NCBI GenBank assembly: GCA_964187785.1
Contig: OZ076409.1
Location: 4,590,001-4,654,000 of the forward strand
From: Amphiscolops sp. MND2022
Taxonomy: Eukaryota
Length of the DNA: 64,000 bases
Direction: 5' to 3'
In this document: positions 1-12,500 of the stretch, piece by piece
Layout of the letters: every line of letters starts with the position of its first letter
How positions within the stretch are numbered: position 1 is the stretch's first letter
Notes under the pieces: generated by a model
Told to the model about the DNA's origin: nothing
Databases searched by the model: none
Seen by the model: only the letters and a program-made list of their open reading frames with translations
Translations under genes and position numbers: made by a program

Positions 1-138
1 TTAAATACTACTTTTAATAGGAGAATTCCAAGATTTATTTTTGAAAATCCCACGAAAAAGACAAAATGCTAAATTCGTGTACAGAATTCATCATCGAAAA
101 AGTGCGAAGTTTTCCTTTTTCGGACGTTTCATTCATTT

Positions 139-1885
139 TTTAATCGGCGCTTATATATGATAAAAAAGCCCGATTATTACAGTCACTCGTTTTTTTCAAG
201 TTTTACTTCAAGACAGATTCGAATGCGGCTCGAAATTTTTGTTCAGTTTGTTCAACTAAAGGAATACCTGGGAAGCGCATTTAATTTATTGCAAAGGGTC
301 CCTCCATTCATTTTTAGTCGGCGCGTTTGCCTTTAAGGAAACAAGACGGGAACGTCTAAAGTCGGCGCCATATCTAAGGCTCAAAAAAGAAAAGCTCAAA
401 CTTTTTGAAATTGTAAAACGGGGACCCTTTGGGTTTTTTGAAAAAAAAAAGAAAAATCGAAAATAAGAATTTTGAGCCAGTCTCATAGTGCCGAAAAACT
501 TGAAAGGGGAGACCTTTTGGGCTTTTTGAAGTTTCAATTTGCTGTTAAATATCAAAAAACTTGACGGGGGGACCCTTTGGAGACAAAAAAATTCGAAAAA
601 AAGTCGCACAGTGCCGAAAAAAACTCAAACCTTATAGTCTCGTCCTGTATTGTATCTTACGATAAAAATGGAGTAACTGAAAGGGGGGACCCTTTGCACT
701 ATCCTAAATGCGCTCCCCGTTTGCCTTTGCTTGTCCAGTAGTTTAGTACTGTATTTAGTAGTTGAACGTTAATTTTAACGTTCGTCGCTTCGAGTCTGTC
801 TTAAAGAAAAAAAACGAGTGACTGTAATAGTCGGGCTCTTTTATTTATAAAAGCGCCGACTAAAAACCCGACTAATGCAGTGGCAAAATTTTCTCTTTTT
901 TTCGTCAGATAGCAGAATGTATGCGTAGTGGACACTTTTTACAGAACTACTAAACTACTGTATCGGCAAGTGGAAACGCATCCAAGTTAGTACAAAGGGT
1001 CCCCTTTTCATTTATTCTATTTTTAGCGTTAGATACAAAACCGGACTAGACTATAGGGTCTCCCTTTAATTTTTGTTGGCACTGTGCAACTTTTTTTCGA
1101 TTTTTTTCTCCATAGGCTCCAAGTTTTTTGATATTTTGCAACAAACTGGAGTTTCAAAAAGGTCTCCCCTTCTACATTTTTCGGCACTTTGAGACTGTTT
1201 CAAAATTCTTTTTCAGTCTGAAGTTAAGTTTTCTCAAAATATACCCACAATAAATTTTTTTCAATACTTTCCGAAATTTTGACGTGATATCCGGAGTAAA
1301 GCGCTATATCCGAACTTTTGTCGTTGTTTCCGAAGTGATTTTCGTTTTACTGAGGAGGAGGAGGCGTATGATCGATCTTTTTGAGCTTTAGATATAGCGC
1401 CGACTTTAGACGTTTCCGTCTTCTTGACTTTTTAAACGGATAATACAAAACCGGACGAGAATAAAGGGTCCCCTTTGTATTTTTTTTTGACACTGTGACT
1501 CATTTTTTTTCGAAATTTTTAAAATGCCTTCAGAGGGTCCCCCTTCATTCGTTTTATATTTTGCAACGCGTTGGATGTTGAAAAAGCCCAAAAGGTCTCC
1601 CTTTTCACTTTTTCGGCACTTTGAGACAGTTTCATAATTCTCAATTTTTCGTCTGAAATTAGGTTTTTTCAATATATCGACCAATAACTTGTTCCAACAC
1701 TATTCGAATTTTTGCATTATATCCGAACTATATTGCGTTTTACTAAAGCGGAGAAAAATGAGGCGGAAACCTTTGGGTGTTTTGACACTTTTCGGTGAGT
1801 GGAAAAGAAAGTGTTGTGCATTTTTTAAAAACTTTGTGCTTTTTGACCCTTAAGCTCAGCGCCGACATTCCCGTTTTGTTTTATA
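139..1885 (+). mobile_element. Three nested Helentron/DINE-1-like family A elements (+139-1885, +313-1428, -340-864)
   Basis: Repeated 5' end TAGTCGGCGC and 3' end GCGCCGACT-AGACGTTCCCGTCTTGTT; the host copy resumes after each insert. Confidence 0.75.
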
Positions 1886-2201
1886 TTTACGTGGAGTATG
1901 GAAATCCAGAGACTGGAGGCCAAACCGGATAATAAGCATACCATTGTTTGGAAAAATGTTGACTTTTCTCCAGACAAATGCGTAAAATGAACTAAACGTG
2001 TCAAAATTTTCAATTTTGTTAAGTCATGGTGTTGTTGTAAGCGCGTTAGTCATGCATCGTTGCAGTTCGTCGAGTCTCTCCATTTACTGTTGGGCCTAGG
2101 CAAGTTCCTCTATTCTAATTTTCGATGGTTTTTTATGCAATAGGTGTACACTTTTTGGATGTTTCTATTGCTATGAGTTTCACAGAGTTCAACAGGAAAA
2201 G

Positions 2202-2566
2202 AGCTACTAGGTGAACCAAAAAAACGAACGTACAAAAATTTTCGATCTCTCAAAGCTTCAAATATTTATCAACAAAAGTTTCACACATCTTTGAACGCTG
2301 CTGTCAATCATTCAAGTTGGCAACTTTTCTTCGAAGCGAAAGAACCTTCACACATTAAAAGTGAGAATGAAATGACTGGTCAAGACGTCTACACTTTTTC
2401 TGAAGGTTCGAACCATCCGTAGTTGAAGATGTGATTACGTAATAGGAGCTTCTTTCTAAATGACTGACATAAAAATTGAACGATTTTCAGTTTCTTGTTT
2501 ACAACTAATACAATTTTGAAGACGCAAATTTTTGTACGTTCCGTTTTTTTTGGTTCACCTAGTAGC
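2202..2566. mobile_element. MITE with ~40 bp terminal inverted repeats
   Basis: agctactaggtgaaccaaaaaaacgaacgtacaaaaattt / aaatttttgtacgttccgttttttttggttcacctagtagct; possible TA target (Tc1/mariner-like). Confidence 0.75.
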
Positions 2567-3135
2567 TGCTCAGATTTCCCTTGAGACTAATATGTGTTCT
2601 TTTTGGAAAAAATGAGGATTGAACGAGTCGAAAGGTGCCAATGCTGTTGATTTTTCCACTATTTCTGCAAGTTGGTAACTTATTTAGCCGTTCAGCGGGC
2701 GTCGTGTAGGAAAAATGTCACGAATTCGGGCTGAAATTTACCCAAAAGGAATCTTCTGGCTCGAAAAACGCTTTTCATCGAATGAGAACAGAAAGTCCAC
2801 TGTGGTAGAAATTCAAAAAAATCTCAAGTGCCGAAATCTTAGAGGGATCCTTGGGACCCTCCACAAAATACTGCAGCAACTAATAAATTTTAAAAATCTG
2901 GTTGAAATTCTGGAAGTTGCGAGTACTAAAACTAGTGTATTTTTTAAATCAGAAGGTCAGTTCGTAATTGATGAGCAGTATCAAGTATTTTTTTCATTGA
3001 ATTTTTACATCCTACTTTTACATCCTACCAAACGTCGAACTCTTTTCTTGAAACATCGAAAGTATTATGCTTCTCTAGCTCGGTCGGGTCAATGCATTCC
3101 TCTTCAAGGCGTTCACATGGCGCTCACGTGTCTTT

Positions 3136-3514
3136 TTTTAGTCGGCGCTTTTTTAGTGAAAAGTGCCCGACTATTACAGTGGCTAGTTTTTTCTTTTTTT
3201 TTCGTCAGACTACAATCTCACTGATTGGTCCACTTTTCTCACAATCGAAACTACTAAAACTACTAAGGCCATAAGGCCAAGTCCGGTCAGCGGAAATTAG
3301 TGCAAAAGGGTCCCCCTTTCTTTTTTTACTTTTTTAACGTAACCTACAAAACCGGACGAGACTAAAGGGTCCACCCTTTCGATTTTTTTTCGGCATTGTG
3401 CGACTTTTTTCGAAAACTTTTTAATGTCTCAGAGTCCCCCGTTGGTTCAAAAAAAAGTCTTTTGCGCTTTTTGAGCCTTAGACATAGCGCCGACTTTAGA
3501 CGTTCCCGTCTTGT
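3136..3514 (+). mobile_element. Helentron/DINE-1-like family A element
   Basis: tttttAGTCGGCGCT...AGCGCCGACTttAGACGttccCGTCTtgtt. Confidence 0.8.
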
Positions 3515-3840
3515 TAGTTTCCAACACTCTAAGGATTTGTAAATGTGAGTGATGGATTAATGGAAGATAAGATACTTACTGAATAAATTGAGCTTTTTAT
3601 TGGTCAAATTGAACTTTTACTGGTGAAGTTCTGAGTGCCGTTGAGATTTTTGATTGATGCATTTTTAATTGAATCGACGTACGCTTCTGTCATCTTTTCT
3701 CATAAGAGTAATGAGTTGGTATTGAAACGAACAAAACGTGAAAAGGCACTTGTGCGATTAGAATGCGGATGAGTGTCACAGTGATGGGAGGAAAGCTTGG
3801 ATAATCTCATGTTCCTATTTCAGAAGCTCATATTTTTCTC

Positions 3841-5103
3841 TTTAGTCGGTGCTTTTAGAATGAAAAAGCTCGACTATTACAGTCACTCGTTTTTTTGTTT
3901 TTCTTCAAGACAGTCTCGAATGCGACGAAGTTTTTTTTTCAACTGAACGAATACTTTAGAAACGCATCGGTCAGTGCAAAAGGTCCCTCCTTCCGATCTT
4001 TTCGGCATTGTGAGACTCCGAAAAAATTCAAATTTTCAGAAACTTTTCTCGAAAGAGTTCTCCCCTCAATTCCCCCTTTTAACATTTTTCGGCATTGTGA
4101 GACGTTTCAAAATAACCATTTTTCGTCTTCCAATAGGTTTCCTCGGTGGCCCAGCTGCTATATCCGATTTTTTTGTAAAGCCGGCGTTTTTTCTGAGCGA
4201 CTTTTTCCCAATGTTTAGATTTTCACCAGAAACGAAACGTTTTGCGAGCATAGAGGACTCCTAGGGTTTTCGGCACTATGCGACTTACCGAAGCCATTCA
4301 TCGAAAAGATTTTTCCTCGATTTTTTTTTCTGTGGTTTTCGGTTGAGCAAAACCGTTTTCCCAATTTTAAGGGTAGCCTCTGAATATTTTCAGTCCTGCG
4401 GGATTTATGAGAGTTTTGTCAATGGTTGTGCAAAAGACCTACGGCTTTTTTGTCACTGTGTGACTTTTTTCGAAACAGTTCTCTTTCGGTAAAATGGTTC
4501 CCCTTCACTTTTTGAAAAAGTTTTTGACTTGGGAAAAGTGTTTTGCAAATTTAATGGGTCTCTTTTTGGACTTTTTGGCACTGAGACTTTCCCGAAATAT
4601 AAATCAATTTTATTTTAAAAAATTGATTTTTTTGTTTCAAGTTGGGGAAACCGTGGTTTTCTAGTCTTATGCGTATCCTTCGGGTATTTTTCGGCTGTGT
4701 AAAATTGATAAAATTTTAATAATAGTGTGCTTTTGCATATTGAAAAAAACTTTACTCTTTTGAACCTTAAGCGGGCGCCGACTTGGGTCGTTCCCGGCTT
4801 GTTTCGTAAGACTCCTACTGTAATGGACACTTTTTTTTGTTCACTTAGCAACTCTAAACAAACGCCTCGGAAACGCATCTAAACCTCGTTGTTAATTTTT
4901 AACGAAACATGCAGAACCGGACGAGAAACCCAGCACGCTATTTCCGAATTTTTGAAACGTTTTCTGAGCACGAAAGGCACCTTTTGGATGTTTCGACACT
5001 TTTTGTAAGTTTTTCATTTTAAAAAGTTCTGAGCATATTTTTAAAACTTTGCGCTTTTTGAGTCTTAAGTGTTGCGCCTACTTGAGACGTTCCCGTCTTG
5101 TTT
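3841..5103 (+). mobile_element. Family A element (3841-4803) followed by a second 3' fragment (to 5103)
   Basis: 5' tttagtcggtgct; 3' ends gcgccgacttgggtcgttcccggcttgtt and gcgcctacttgagacgttcccgtcttgtt. Confidence 0.7.
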
Positions 5104-5574
5104 GTACTCAAAAGAGGTTTATGCGAGCAATTTTTCAGTGATGTACCAGAATAATGCCCTGAAATCTGTGATTTCTATCGCTTCGATAACGTTCAATCTA
5201 TTCGGTGTCGAGTGAAGTGTCCGGATGTGCCGATGAAGCAATGGTGTCAGATTTTATTTTAGTAGCCAATGGTCCATAGATCATCGACACTTATTTTGAT
5301 TTGCTAAGATTCCAACCGTTTGCGACAGTTTGAACATCGCTAATCGGGAGCGGGACAAAACATATGATTTTCAAAACAGGACAAAACAGCCGGTTTTAAA
5401 ACAGTACAAAATCGCCGATTGCCTAAAATAAAAATAGCCGATTTTGTCAATGCGTAAGATTAGCAGTCAATAAAATTATTATTATAACGTAGTCAGCTAT
5501 GTTCACATACCCCTAGTGACCTAAATGCAGGAGCGAAGCGAAGCGGAGCGACGTGCCATATGTCCATGCCTTAA

Positions 5575-6164
5575 CCTTAACTTGGCCAATGTGCCAAATT
5601 TGGCACATTTTGTTTCTGCAAATTCTTAACGCACCAGCTGATTGTATGGTAAAGCAAACCCTTTAATAAGAGTTTCAGACAATATTGCATAGCATTCGGC
5701 GCCTTTTCACGGAAAATTGACGTGATGTCTCCAAAATCCAGAAAATGACGCGAAAAAATCAAAAGAAAAATAAGTGCAGATTTTCCGTTTTCCCAGTTTT
5801 CGTTTGTGCCCCTTTTATCCCACTGGTATCAACATTGGGTCAAAGCGTCCCCAGCATGTTTTGAAACATGCTGGAAAGCAAGCAGAGACACGACGCGTGC
5901 AAAGTTTTGGCGCAAAGTTCGGAGCCAGTGCGGCGAAGCCGCACGCCAGCGGAGAACTTCGCGCAAAAAACTTTGCGCGCAAGGGGCCCGCGCTAGCGGG
6001 CCCCAAGGCCAGCAGTTTAAAAATTGATTTGAAAGCCCCAATGCTCCTCTTTCGAACGCTGTATAAATCGTTTGTCGGACTTGTATAGTTCAGGAGATAT
6101 TGCGGTTTAAAGTTGAAGCACCTGATTTTTGGATGCAACAAGATTTTTCCTGGCCAACTTAAGG
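5575..6164. mobile_element. piggyBac-type MITE
   Basis: TTAA|CCTTAACTTGGCCA ... TGGCCAACTTAAGG|TTAA (one mismatch in 14). Confidence 0.65.
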
Positions 6165-6321
6165 TTAATGTTGCTACTTGGCGAAAGGAGCGAAGCGACC
6201 GAGCCATACAACAAATATTAATCTCTTCAAATAAATCAAGTTCCATGCATTTGCTGTAACAGCACTCATTTTTTGTCCCGCATCCCGCTGATTCGCTATT
6301 TCCGTCTTGGTTGTGTTTCAG

Positions 6322-6513
6322 GTGAGCGACAACGAAGACATAGTGGACGAAGGTATGATGTCGGATTCGGACTTTGAGCCAGAAGGAGAAGGAGAAGCAG
6401 CCGACAACCGAGGGGAGAATGAGGAGCCTGACTCGGACTCCGACTCTGAATGGGGCCTGGACCGCGAGGACGACGGAAACGCAATGGACGAAGACGGGGG
6501 AGATGGAGCCATG
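6322..6513 (+). CDS. GRWD1: Acidic N-terminal exon of GRWD1 (first visible exon; start may be ATG at 6355 or in an unseen upstream exon)
   Basis: ttgtgtttcAG acceptor, ATG|GTGAGA donor, 64 D/E-rich codons, phase 0 matching the next exon. Assignment to this gene rests on phase and composition, across a 24.6 kb intron. Confidence 0.7.
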
Positions 6514-9500
6514 GTGAGAGTTCCATCTGATTTTAGCTACTAGAGGCGCAGTGGCAAAATGATTTTGGACATTCTATTAGTTGTTTCACAGAGAATTGGG
6601 AAATTTTTGCTTTTGAAAAGAACACTGTTCTAGATTCTAGATTCGGAATACCTGAAAACCTTCATGAAAACTGTCGACAAATGTAATCAGTTACCTTTAC
6701 CGACACGACCCCTCTGTACTATGGGTACACGCAAGCTATTCAACAAACTAATTTGCGGTTTCATTACGCACGATCCTGGTTTCTATGATATGAATTAAGT
6801 AAGATTTTTTTTGAAATCACACTGCATTGACCTTTGTTACCAAAACCATGATAGATTCAGTAAAAAAAGTAATGTACAAATACAATAAATGAAAAATATT
6901 GAAGTTGAAACAAAAAAAAACACTATCTAAATTGATAATCCCCTTTTTCCCGTAATTGGGTGTATCAGCTTCTCTTTCAAGCAGTTTGAGGAATAAGACT
7001 AGTCATATTCATTCTAGCGGTATAAGAGTATGATTTATTATCATGATGAAAACGGGATTGCTGTGCCGAGTTCAATCAATTGCCTTTATTCTTACTCAAT
7101 TCATATGATTAACCCTAAACGACCCGGGCGTTTTTGCAATTTTTCGGAAAATTGAATAGAAAAATTAAATTATTAATATCTCCACAACTACGCGTACCAG
7201 AGAAACGAACTATAGCGCGTTTGAAAGGTCTGGTGTTGGGCTTTCATTTTGGTCAGGTGAGCCCCTGTCGCCGCGCGCCCCCCTCCTTCAGAATTTTAGT
7301 TTCTTTTTCCGGTACCGCCGTTCCGCACTTCGTAGTAACAACAGAATATTATTGGGATTTGTTGCGTACGAACTTGTTGTGCAAGTGTATGGGGTTGGTT
7401 TTTGCTATGGGTCAAGATTTGTTGAGAAAACTGGATTTCGCCAAAAACTGAAATTCAGAAAAAAAATAATTTTTTGTGCAAAAAAAAACATTTTTTTTTT
7501 CAGTTTTGGAGACATATTCACTTTTAATAATTCTTGTGCCATTCAAACCAATCTAGGTACCAAAGAATTGTTGAAAAAAAACTGTGCTAGAGAATATGGG
7601 CTACTGGCAAATCGGATTAGAAATTGAAAAAAAGGTATGTGACTTTAAAGTACCACTGGGTTGTTTAGGGTTAAAAGCAGGATCATGCGTAATGAAACCA
7701 CAAATTAGTTTTGTTGAATAGCTTGCGTGTACGCATAGTACAGAAGGGCCGTGTCGGTAAAGACGAATGAACAGTGATGTTTTCGAAACTAGAAGTGATT
7801 TTTCAAAACGAAAATTTCCCAATTCTTTGTGGAACAACTGATAGAATGTCCAAAATCAATTTTGCTAAAAGTAAAAAAAGTAGTTGGGTTTCAAAACGAA
7901 TTTCGAAAAATTCCAACTCTTACCTTGGTAAAACCCATTCAGAATGAGAAATTCCAGTTTTTTTCTCGAAAAAAAAACTGATTTAAGTTATCATTGCGTT
8001 TTGAAACATACTTGAAGTCAAACATTAATAGTTTGAAGAGAAAGTTTCCCAGCGAAATAGCGGATCGCTAGCGGTCATTAGTTATTTGTTGGATTTTTTA
8101 GAAATTAATTTTGAATATTCGTGTATTTTCCGAGGAAATTTTGAATTTGGACAATCTATCATTTGCCGCTAATTTGAATCTAAAAAATCTGCGCGACCAC
8201 TAAATCGAAGTCAAAACTGTTCGGCACTGTCAAAAACGGTCGGTCATTTTCCAATGGATACAAATCTACCTGAATTTCGAAGTGGTCGGTAATTTGCTAA
8301 ATCGCTAATTGACAGTGTCAAAACTCTGGTTATGATATTTCAATACGGAGATTCCCATTTAATACGGAGACTCCCACAAGAGTTCGTGGAAAAAGTAAAT
8401 CATTACTGGACTATATTATTACTGATCTTCCTGGATCAGTCAATTTTGAATCCTATGTATCAGATACACCATTAAGGAACCTTAATGGGGAGCATGTAGA
8501 CCACTTTCAAACTTCAGTAATTAGCAATGTAACCTTGCATGAACCTCCAAAAGTCATCATCAAAGAAATATATGACAAATCTAATTACAAAGCCGAGAAA
8601 CTCCAGAGAGATAATCAGAAATAGTGACTGGACCAATTTTTATAATCAAAATTGCGCTGAAGGAATGTACACTTGTTTCACATCGACAATTGAGAATGCA
8701 ATCCGTAAATGCGTTCCCAAAAACAAAGTTTTTATCAGAAATGACAAAAGCAACCTTACTATTTATGAGAAATGGGTCACAGCAAAAACCGATAAATCAA
8801 TCGAACTGCAAATCCCTTTTACATTAAATATCAAAAGCTACAGAATAATCTAGTAGAAAACATGGGTAGAGACTTTTTGCACAACAAAGTTCTAACGTTC
8901 AACAGTTTAGATACAGAAAGAGATAAATGAAGCCAGGAACGCCAAAAGAACTAAAACGGATATTCCTAGCCTGAAAAATAGCTTCAGTGATACTATTACT
9001 GATCAAAAAAGAATAGCTGATCTCCTCAATTATCGCTTCTCCAAGCTGGGCGACTATTTTGGACAAACAAAATTACATAAAAACCAGCTCTGCGAAACAA
9101 TTGCGAATAACGGAAAAATGTTCACTTTTCACCCCATGTGTTTCTGAATGTAAAAAACATGTGAAAAATCCTAACGCAAGAAAACCATTAGGACCATCCA
9201 AGGTGCCTGCGTGGGCGCTGAAAGATTGTTTGAATATCTTAGCTGAACCCTTATGTGATCTCGCAAACACTTTTATTCAGGAAGGTAGATTTCCAAATCA
9301 CCTCAAACAGGCGTATGTAATTCCAATACACAAGAAAGGTGATTGTGAAGATCCAAATAATTACCGACCCATATCTATTACAGCTGCACTTGCAAAAATA
9401 TTTCAGAAGGTCTTGAGAGAACAAATGTCAAATTATTGCTAACAAATTGAGTCAAACAAATTGCTAACACAACGACAATTCGTTTTTCCAAGTAATTATT

Positions 9501-12500
9501 CTACCACTGATGCGTTACTCTATGCAACTGAAAACATTAGAAAGAATTTAGACAATTATGAAAACACAGCGGCGGCTTTTATTGATCTTTCCAAAGCTTT
9601 CGACTCCATATCTCACGAAATTCTACTACAAAAACTTATGATGATAAAATTTGATGACAATGCTATGAGTATGATGGAAAGTTTCTTAACAAATAGATAG
9701 CAAAAATTGACACTACCTTCTGGCTGCTCGGAATGGGTTCAGTTATACCAGGGTGTTCCACAGGGAACTGTTCTGGGCCCCTTCTATTCAATATATATGT
9801 TAATGACATGCAGCAAACGATCGGTTAAACATCGGAACTGGTTCAATATGCAGACGACACTATGATCTATACCTCTCCTGGAAATATTGAAGAAGCCATA
9901 TCTCTTTTAGAAAATGAAATAGACAAACTGATTCACTTTTTTCAGTGTCATCGTTTGACTGTTAATGCTAACAAAACAGAATTCATTATTTTCTGCAAAC
10001 CTTGGAAAAACAATGCGACCCAAAATTATACCTTACGTGTGAAAAATGAAATAATACAAACTTCAGCAAATGTCAAATACTTGGACTGTAACCTCACTTA
10101 TCAAAATTAAGTTAAAAATATTCTTCGCAAAATGGCTTGTGGGATCAAGACACTTTACGCACTGCGCGATTTCCTGCCAAATAATGCTCGACTTTTGCGC
10201 TTCAATGCTTTAATAATGAGCCATCTGCAGTAGTCGGCAGTTCTTCTGAATGGTATTACTCAAAATCTGTTAACAACGCTTGAAAAACAACTCAATTGGG
10301 GTTTCAAAGCGTGTCTTTATAGAAATAAATATGATAGTTCCTCTGACTTTAAACTAATGTATGACATTATTATTCCAATTCGTTATTTTCTCAACATTAA
10401 AGCATCGAAATATTTCTGGAAGTTTAAAAACAACCTGATACCTGCTTTCTTGGGGGGAAATGAAACCATCCAACAGAACGAAAAGCGAATGTTTTATCCT
10501 AGGACAAAGAACTGATTTTATAGGCAAATGCTTTTTCAAAAGAGCAATAGCACTGTGGAACATCCTACCTGAGTCTATTAAAACAAAAAAATATGCTTAT
10601 GTTACTGCTTAGCAAAAAATTAAACAACATTTTCTTATAAGATTCCAGCATGAGACAATCAGATCAGAACTTGGTATGAAATGTTGGAGCTCCTATATGT
10701 TTAAATAGCGATTCTTGGTCTTGTGTAATGTTTTATAATTACTTCTTTTTATATATTAATTATGTACACTGCCTTTCCTAAAGTATTGAATGTTTTTATT
10801 TATGAAGCCATTGAAATGAATTCGGTGTTTTTAATATTTCTGCTTTAGCAGGAATATTATTGTAACCTCAAACTTTCTACTTTTTTTCAGAACGACTTTT
10901 GTCGTGATACTGAATAATTCAGATATTTTGTTCGGCAGTGACTGTGTGAGCGTGGGAAAGCTGCCGACAACAATTCAATTCTAGTGCGATGGAACGAGCG
11001 AGTGGTAATTATCCATTCGTATGCTGACGTCATTGAGATGAAGCGAGCGAATGTTCGTAATTGTGCTTTCGTTGCCCCGAGTTATTGAGATGAAGCGAAT
11101 GAGTGTTAATTTTTCGTTCGTTGAGAGCTTCGCCTGCATTCAAATGCGAATGCGAAACTTCGTCTACGCTTAGTTGTTATATTTTCTTTAGTCCGAGAAG
11201 AATTAAAGGCGGTGTAAGCTTGTACAGTGATTACATGTAATTGTGCGCTAAATAATGATTGAACAGGAGTTTATTGATATTCCAGATATGATTCTATTAT
11301 TGAAAATAAAAAAGGAGTGTAGCGAACATTCTACGTCTGATTGGAAAATTGTTTTGAATAACTGGCTTTTTACCATTGTTAACTTCCATAGGGGATAAGT
11401 TCTCTCGGTTTGAAAAATTGTTGAATATTTCCTGCATTTTAGCTTTTCAAATGTCTTCAACTCTCAAAATGGCTTACTTCCGTAGGGGATAAGTTCTTTC
11501 GGTTTGAAAAATTGTTGATTATGTCCAGCATTTTAGTTTTTTATTTGCCTTAAAGTCTCAAAATGGCTTACTTTAAGTGTACTTCCATAGGGAATAAGTT
11601 CTGTCGGTTTGAAAAATTGTTGATTATGTCCAACATTTTAGTTTTTTATTTGTCTTTAACTCTCAAAATGGTTTACTTTAGTGTACTTCTATATGGAATA
11701 AGTTCTCTCGGTTTGAAAAATTGTCGATTATTTCCAGCATTTTAACTTTTCAAATGTCTAATTCTCAAAATGGCTTACTTCAGTATACTTCCATAGGGGA
11801 TAAGTTCTGCCGGTTTGGAAAATTGTTGATTATGTCAAGCATTTTAGGTTTTTATTTGTCTTTAACTCAAAATGGCTTACTTTAGTGTACTTCCATAGGG
11901 GATAAATTTTCTCGGTTTGAAAAATTGTTGACTATTTGCAGCATTTTAACTTTTCAAATGTCTTTAACTCTCAAAATGGTTTACTTCAGTATACTTCTAT
12001 AGGGTATAAGTTCTGCCGGTTTGGAAAAATGTTGATTATGTCAAGCATTTTAGGTTTTTATTTGTCTTTAAGTCAAAATGGCTTACTTCAGTGTACTTCC
12101 TTAGGGGATAAGTTCTCTCGGTTTGAAAAATTGTTGAATATTTGCAGCATTTTAGCTTTTCAAATGTCTTTAACTCTCAAAATGGGTTACTTCAGTATAC
12201 TTCCATATGGGATAAGTTCTGTCGGTTTGAAAAATTGTTGATTAGGTCCAGCTTTTTAGTTTTTTTTTGTCTTTAACTCTCAAAATGGCTTACTTTAGTG
12301 TACTTCTTAATGGAATAAGTTCTGTCGGTTTGAAAAATTGTTGATTATTTCCTGCATTTTAGCTTTTCAAATGTCTTTAACTCTCAAAATGGCTTACTTC
12401 AGTATACTTCCATAGGGGATAAGTTCTGTCGGTTTGGAAAATTGTTGATTATGTCCAGCATTTTGGTTTTTTATTTTTCTTCAACTCTCAAAATGACTCA

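Noticed and set aside
2052..2106. Possible upstream GRWD1 exon ending AG|GCAAGT
   Set aside because: The ATG frame closes at TAG, there is no family similarity, and the phase link to 6322 is not convincing.
286..4878. F/K-rich ORFs of 60-170 aa (and similar ones at 30625, 44538, 47705, 50836)
   Set aside because: They lie mostly in non-coding family A/B repeats; composition reflects A/T runs and there are no domain motifs.
5774..6246. Overlapping GC-rich ORFs
   Set aside because: Mostly inside a TTAA-bounded MITE; no recognisable protein or splice context.
10861..11235. Possible solo LTR (TGTAA...TTACA, internal gagatgaagcga repeats)
   Set aside because: No matching target-site duplication and no second copy in the window.
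11248..12241. Short ORFs at the satellite edge
   Set aside because: Chance translations of satellite monomers.
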